The position numbers were made by a program, and so were the translations under genes. Below, one piece after another: positions 57,983-64,000 of a DNA stretch of 64,000 bases. Every line of letters starts with the position of its first letter. Position 1 is the stretch's first letter. Location of the stretch: NCBI GenBank assembly GCA_964057225.1, contig OZ059898.1, positions 8,432,001 to 8,496,000 on the forward strand, in the 5' to 3' direction. The notes beneath the pieces are model-generated. The model made no database searches. It was given only the letters and a program-made list of their open reading frames with translations, and was not told the DNA's origin. Origin of the DNA: Auanema rhodensis (lineage: Eukaryota; Animalia; Nematoda).

Positions 57983-60900
57983 AATTTGAACAAAGTTACA
58001 TGGATAGAGGAATATTGAAATGAATGTAACTGTGCGTGCTACGACGTGGATATTTGTATTTGTGTACATCCTCAAATACAAATCTCACGCCGATAAACAG
58101 AAGTGATCTTCATTTGATCTTGAATTGTCTGGAGCTTCATCCCTCCTACCTGCATTTAGCTGCTTGTTTGACCTTGCTTGTAACGAGAGAATTCTCTACT
58201 GCATCATCTTTCCAAACACTTCACATAGTGTGCCATCTGAATCATCAGTGGCTGACACTAACGGAGTTACTGTGAATAACTGAATGCGATTCATCTCAGA
58301 GATCATGCTATCACAGAGAGAAAATATTTGAGAATATGACGAGTAAAATCGGAGATAAGAGGAGCATAAAGATTGCAACTAATTCAACTTTTTTTCTTCA
58401 TTAAAGTTTTTTCTGTTTAATTATTAGATAGAACAAAGATTTATTAACAAATGTACAAACATATAGATGTATGTAGACTTATATATTTAAATCTATTTTA
58501 TATAATTAACTAAGAAATTAATTATATTACATAAAGATTGAAGTATATGTGCATACATATCGTCAAAATACAAAAAAAAATACATCATCTTTCAATAGTT
58601 AGTTGATGACCTGCACTTGTGTTATTGGTATTCTGGAGAGATTAGAGAAATAGATGATCGAGCTTAGAAGTTATCGATGGCGTCATCCTTCGCTGTAATC
58701 CCCGTAACGCTCCCCTCGTCATTTTTTCCCACTTGTCCGTATCAAGGAAGTGTTCCGATGCTGCTCTTTAACCTATGAAAATGAGAAAATTCTCCAAATT
58801 CTCGGACAAAAGTCATGTGGTTGTTAAAGAATTTGCACATTTTCAACATTCAACAAACATTAACAAAAGAATATTTTTAAAGTAAATTTCATTGTACTTT
58901 ATATTTTAATTTATAATAATATATTTATATAACTATATACATATATAGTATACATAACTATATTTTAATATTTTTTCATATAAAGTTGTTCATTTTCACT
59001 CTAAAGTTCAAATTTTTTTAAAAGAAGTTAGAAGATAACACATGTCATCAAACTATTCTATATATATATTTGCATTCCGACTTTAGATTCAGAAGTAGAA
59101 ATGTCAACGAAAAGTTCTGTCTATACACTACTTCTTCAAATTATCTATTGACATGCCAATGTATGTTTCATTTTAAGTTGACAAAATCAATTTTCAATAT
59201 CACCTCAGGGGTAAATAGAAATGAAAGTGCTTTTCTTTGTATTCTGAAAGCATTTTTTTCAACAAAAAAAAATATTATTTATCATCTATCTCTCTCATAT
59301 TCTCACACATTTTTGAAACATCGTTATTACTTCTCTCATCATTTTTCTCTCTCATCTCTATTCCTCACTTCTCTCTCTCTCTTTCATTCTTGATCTATCT
59401 AACCGTTTCTGTTAACCTCATATGTTTTCAAGGAATTCCTCACTCTCTTATTGAAGAAACTTGAGGTTGAAATAGAACACACATGCTTGTTGGCAATCAA
59501 AGAACTATTACGTTCGGCAACGATATGCCTGATGATCTTCAGATAAATGCCAAGTTATATCTCTTGAAATTGATGATAAAGATGACAAAAAAAGTTCAAA
59601 ATAAATATTCATAGAGTAGAATTATTTAAAAAAACTAAATTCAAATTGATTATAAAACACAAAAAGTTAAAAAAGAATGAAAAACATTTTTTTTCTTTGT
59701 GAAAAGTATTTAACAAATAATTGTTTTTGTTTTCATTTGTTGATAAATAATGATGATGTACAAATCTTTTTGGATAACTTAAGCACATATTGAAATGTTT
59801 AAAAAAATAAAAGCAAAATCATTTATTGTCTTCACTTCATATTGTTTTTTTTTATTTTAAAAATATTCTTAAAAATTCTTGCTGTTGTCAGTGAAACTGT
59901 TCTTCAATCAGAAACGTTTATTGACAATACACAGTCCTTTTTTGCTTCAAATTTATAACAAAATTGCAAAAGAGAGACGAAAAGTAGTGTGATGATGAAA
60001 TATGAAAAAATGAGGAAAAGAAAGCAATGAAATAGAGTTGAAATGAAGAGAAACGAAGAGAAAATCCAATATGGTGTTGTTGGCTAGTATCGTCACCCGG
60101 TTATACATTTCATTGACTAACGACAATATGTTTCATTCAAGAACATTTTTCCGAAAAAAAAAAGAAAAAAACGTTCCGGCTCGCCACGTTCTTGACCATA
60201 ACGAACAACGTGTTCTTCCAATGCTCAAACGACGTTGTCGTAGTCATCATCAGGCTTTTCACTCAATCCTTTGCCATAACCGGAGTTTCTGAATGATTTG
60301 CTAACAAAGATTTGATCGATGATTCAGATTGTTCAGCTCCTCAATTCATAGAATCAGATGAATCAAAACTGCAATGGAAAAATGGTCGACTTGGCACCTA
60401 CATGCTCGGATAGCTATTTCCCTTAGTATCTTCTCTCTCCTACAATCTTTTCCTTTTTCATTTTTACCCTATTTCCATGAATGCGGTATCCGGAAATTAA
60501 TTTTTATATTCAGCAGGATAGCCTACTGTCTGAAAATAATCTTTTTTCATATTTCTACAGCAATATTTAGATAAAGGAAAAGCCTTGTAATCACATTCAT
60601 AGCTAATATAGCCTCACCCCCACTTTTTTCCGGAATATAATAATCATTATCATTTTGATTTATGAGTAATATCATTATGGGCTGAGAATTGCACAGAAAA
60701 TCTGCAAAAAAAAACTTTGAAATGGAATGCTTTTGGCATTTTTTGCTTCCACGCATCAAAGGAGCACAAAGCACAAACATACAAACATACAAACAGCACG
60801 TGAATCTGACTAACTCACTGATCGAACTTTACTAAGTTCAGCAAATAAGAAAGCAACTACTTTTCGAGTTAACCAGCTTGTTTACTCGCGAATTACCTGT

Positions 60901-61651
60901 CTTCTATTCTATTCAAAAATGGAAAAAAATTATGAGAACAATACGAAGAAATTGACAAACGGCAGGTCAACTATATGCTTTCTTTGAAAACTAATTGAAA
61001 TGGATTACAAAAGGCATTTTTAAGCTTAAACAAAAGAACTAGTTTGATCATGTTGAAAGCATTAGAATCATGAAAATACTTGAAATGTTGAGTTAACTAA
61101 TCGAAATCCTGATAGTAAATTATAAAATATAATTTTTTATTTTAAATTATATATATATATAATTATAATTTTGAAAATAAATAATATACTTTAATACTTT
61201 CGATCTAATAAATTTTGTATTATTGGGAAAGTTTTATATTTTTTCTAAATTAGGAAGCATGATTTTGGTTCATAACCTATTATGCTAATTATTAGAACTA
61301 TAGAGACCTTAATTATTAAATTTAAATATAAAACCTTTAATCTTATTGTTGTAACTTGAAATCACAATTTGTTCAAATTATCATCAATTTTACCTTTATT
61401 TACTTTAATCTTTCAACTTTGACTATCTGTTAATCTCTAATTTCTTCTCGATGCTCTCCATTCGGGCTGAATTATCGCTTGGATTCTGCTCTCGATGTCT
61501 GGCATCACCTCATGATCTCTTGCTCAATTGCATTCTGTCTCGTTCTCGGGGCGTGCTACCTTCGCGCCTCATCCAACCATTTCCTTTGGAATCTGGGCGT
61601 GGTCCTGAAGAGGTTGGCTTGGCAGATTGAAGTTACCACCCACAAATTCCA

Positions 61652-61659
61652 TATAAATA
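61652..61659 (+). promoter_or_regulatory. TATA box of the secreted precursor gene
   Basis: TATAAATA in a GC-richer context with a GC-box-like GGGCGTGG upstream, about 110 bp before ATG 61768. Confidence 0.65.
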
Positions 61660-61767
61660 GAAGCTCAGAAGCACAACAACTCAACTCAGACTCGACAGTC
61701 AGAAGTTCTTCCGACTACATCAATTAGATCGTCGTCTACATTTTTTCTGATACATTTCGAATTCAGT

Positions 61768-63935
61768 ATGATATCTACGTGAGTTGTAATATATATTCTT
61801 TTATTTTTATTATTTATCTACTTAACTATAATTATATAATTTATTATACTAAAATTAAGAAAAATAAGAAAGTTTGTGAAAAAAAATATTTATCTATAGA
61901 AATATTTTAATTTTTAAAATTTTTATTATGAAATAAAGTAAATTTATATATTTTGATTACTGTACATTAAATTAAATTCTTATTTTATCCTCATTCCGTT
62001 TATAAACCGTAAAAGCTTTAAACTGGAAAAAACTGTGATTTTGTTTTGTTCTTCTAAGAAATTTTTGAAAAGAAAAAAATACATAAAGGTGTTCCCTTTT
62101 AGTCGCCTGAAGGTTAGTCGGAGTTGCTTTTAGTATCAAGATTACAAAGATGGTATTGGATGTCCTCCAGATTTTTACATCCTTCCTTCTCTTTTTTAGA
62201 ATGTTCATTTGCGCCGACTGCGATTATAAGTAAACAATGCTATGAGCAACTCATATAAAACAAGAAAAAACGAAAGAAAAATATAATACATAGATTGAGA
62301 GAATATAAGAAAAGAAAAAAGAAAGAAAGAGAGAGAAAGAGCTCCATTTCACACTAGCTGAAGCTCTTCGTTATTCATTAGTTTAGCTGATTCCATTAGC
62401 CACCCACACCTCCCCCCCCCGGTTTGCTATCCACTGGCCACTCGCAGACAATATCAACCATGCAAATCCAGTTTGGGTTTTCACAAATTTTTAGTTCGTT
62501 TAGTAGAAATATTGTCTCAATTTCCGCAAAACACACTTTCTCACGTTACAATAAATAAATTGAAAAACTTTATTTGAACCCATCTGAAAGAAATAGCCAA
62601 CATCTTAGTAAATAAAGGAACAACTGAATAAGTTGAGCAATAATTTGGTTTTAATACAAAGTAGATTTTTTAATTTTTTATAACAAAGTTTCAAAAAAAA
62701 GTTTAATTTCAATGATTTCAGTTACGTCTGGTTTCTTGCTTTACCCGCAGTGGTCTTATCTCAATGTACAAACTGTAACTATGGTGAGTTAAACAAATAT
62801 TCTTAAAATCTTCAAATATAAAAAAGAAAATTTTAAGTTAAAACTTGAGTTAAACCTCCTATACTAGTATTTAGTTTGATATACATATAAGCACATAGTA
62901 AATACGTAATTATATATTTCTTTTATTTTTATACAAAAAAATAATATTATAATATTAATAATAAAATAAAGAAATATAAATATTACGTATTAATAAAAAT
63001 AAAATAAATATATGTATATATCGATATATGTATGTTTATACATGTACACAGTATTATGCACAATAATCTGAATAGATTCACGTTATTCCTTCATATTTAA
63101 GTTTCGTTTTCATCGAAATCTTTTAATTTTTCATTCAAATTCATATCTTATACTTGAATATTCACTAACTCACTTACCTTTTCTGTTATTTCACTTAGTC
63201 ATTTCCTATGTCTTGTTAACATACTAATCAAACCAATACCCAGATTCATTGCCCAGTTATCGACGACGATTGGTACGGCGACAAGCATCAGACTATTCAC
63301 CAAATGAATTTGTATCTGCAAATCTTAATGAAGATGATGATACCAGTGAATTGGAGCCACCTATTTTGCCCAGCTATCAAGAAGGAATTCCTGGCTATCT
63401 TCCAGATTATGAAGGAGATCGCTATACTAACCCGAAACGTGTTGAACAAACAAAATCGTTGAATCGTCTATTCTTTGAAGCTTTACGTGCACTAGAATCT
63501 CGTAATCTCTTGCCATTGTCATCTCTCTTGCCCCTATCTTCGAGTTTTGATGATCCATCATCTCTTTCGGTATCACCGAGCGATGAACTTACCAACTCAC
63601 TACCATCGCCAGAAAAAAAGCAAACTCTGATGGATCGCGAAACACGTCGAGCAGATGGTGAATCAACAGCCGATGACATAAGAACTCTTCTGTCATCTGA
63701 CGACCAGTCGATCGTGATTTCACGAGATGAAGCTGGAGCCAATCCGGAAGATGTCATTGAGCTGAACAACAATTCAAATTTGATTACAGTTGAATTTGCA
63801 CCAAATGCTGACGGAGAATTAGATGAAGAATATATAAATAAAGCAAGTAGAGCAATTTATAATGTTTTGAAAACCAATCCCCTGTTTGATGATAAGAATG
63901 TTGAAATTACATTTGAAAAGGCTGATGATGAATAA
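61768..63935 (+). CDS. 254-aa secreted acidic protein with multiple basic cleavage sites (granin- or prohormone-like, family unassigned)
   Basis: Exons 61768-61778 (donor GTGAGT), 62722-62783 (TTTCAG...GTGAGT) and 63244-63935 join in phase (765 nt): MISTYVWFLALPAVVLS-QCTNCNYDSLPSYRRRLVRRQASDYSPNEF...PKRVEQTKSLNRLFFEALRALESR...FEKADDE*. AATAAA overlaps the stop codon. Confidence 0.85.
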
Positions 63936-64000
63936 AGTTTGTCATCATTATCATCAACTTCAGTCATATAAATTATTTTTTCTTTTATCATTTTTCTTAA

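Noticed and set aside
58620-58780. GC-richer island with a minus-strand acceptor
   Set aside because: All frames stop quickly and no partner exons were found; possibly an enhancer.
63422-63772. 116-aa minus-strand ORF
   Set aside because: Antisense shadow of the last exon of the secreted precursor.

Overview
AT-rich eukaryotic DNA from a nematode, probably a rhabditid (inferred from C. elegans-like proteins, TTTCAG-type acceptors before start codons and dense 40-60 nt introns). The ORF track is mostly uninformative, so the genes were reassembled exon by exon by eye. Left to right: a CCX/NCLX-type cation/Ca2+ exchanger (-); a candidate membrane microprotein (+); Aurora A air-1 (+); a coiled-coil tail-anchored protein (-); a probable three-gene operon daf-25/ANKMY2, prmt-7, taf-7 (+); tyrosylprotein sulfotransferase tpst-1 (+); BBS7/osm-12 (-); about 16 kb of regulatory and intronic DNA rich in microsatellites; a NALCN channel with an EEKE filter (nca-2-like, +); and a TATA-driven secreted acidic precursor (+). 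The top finding is a two-exon gene nested antisense in a 2.3-kb BBS7 intron, only partly visible in the ORF track. It encodes a 72-aa prepropeptide (signal peptide, spacer, KR site, 28-aa peptide with six Cys, ALDKCGCNLGCFFSSARECMSCCALALR), with two perfect CRE palindromes upstream. I cannot assign it to a named family; no database search was possible, so its novelty is unverified.
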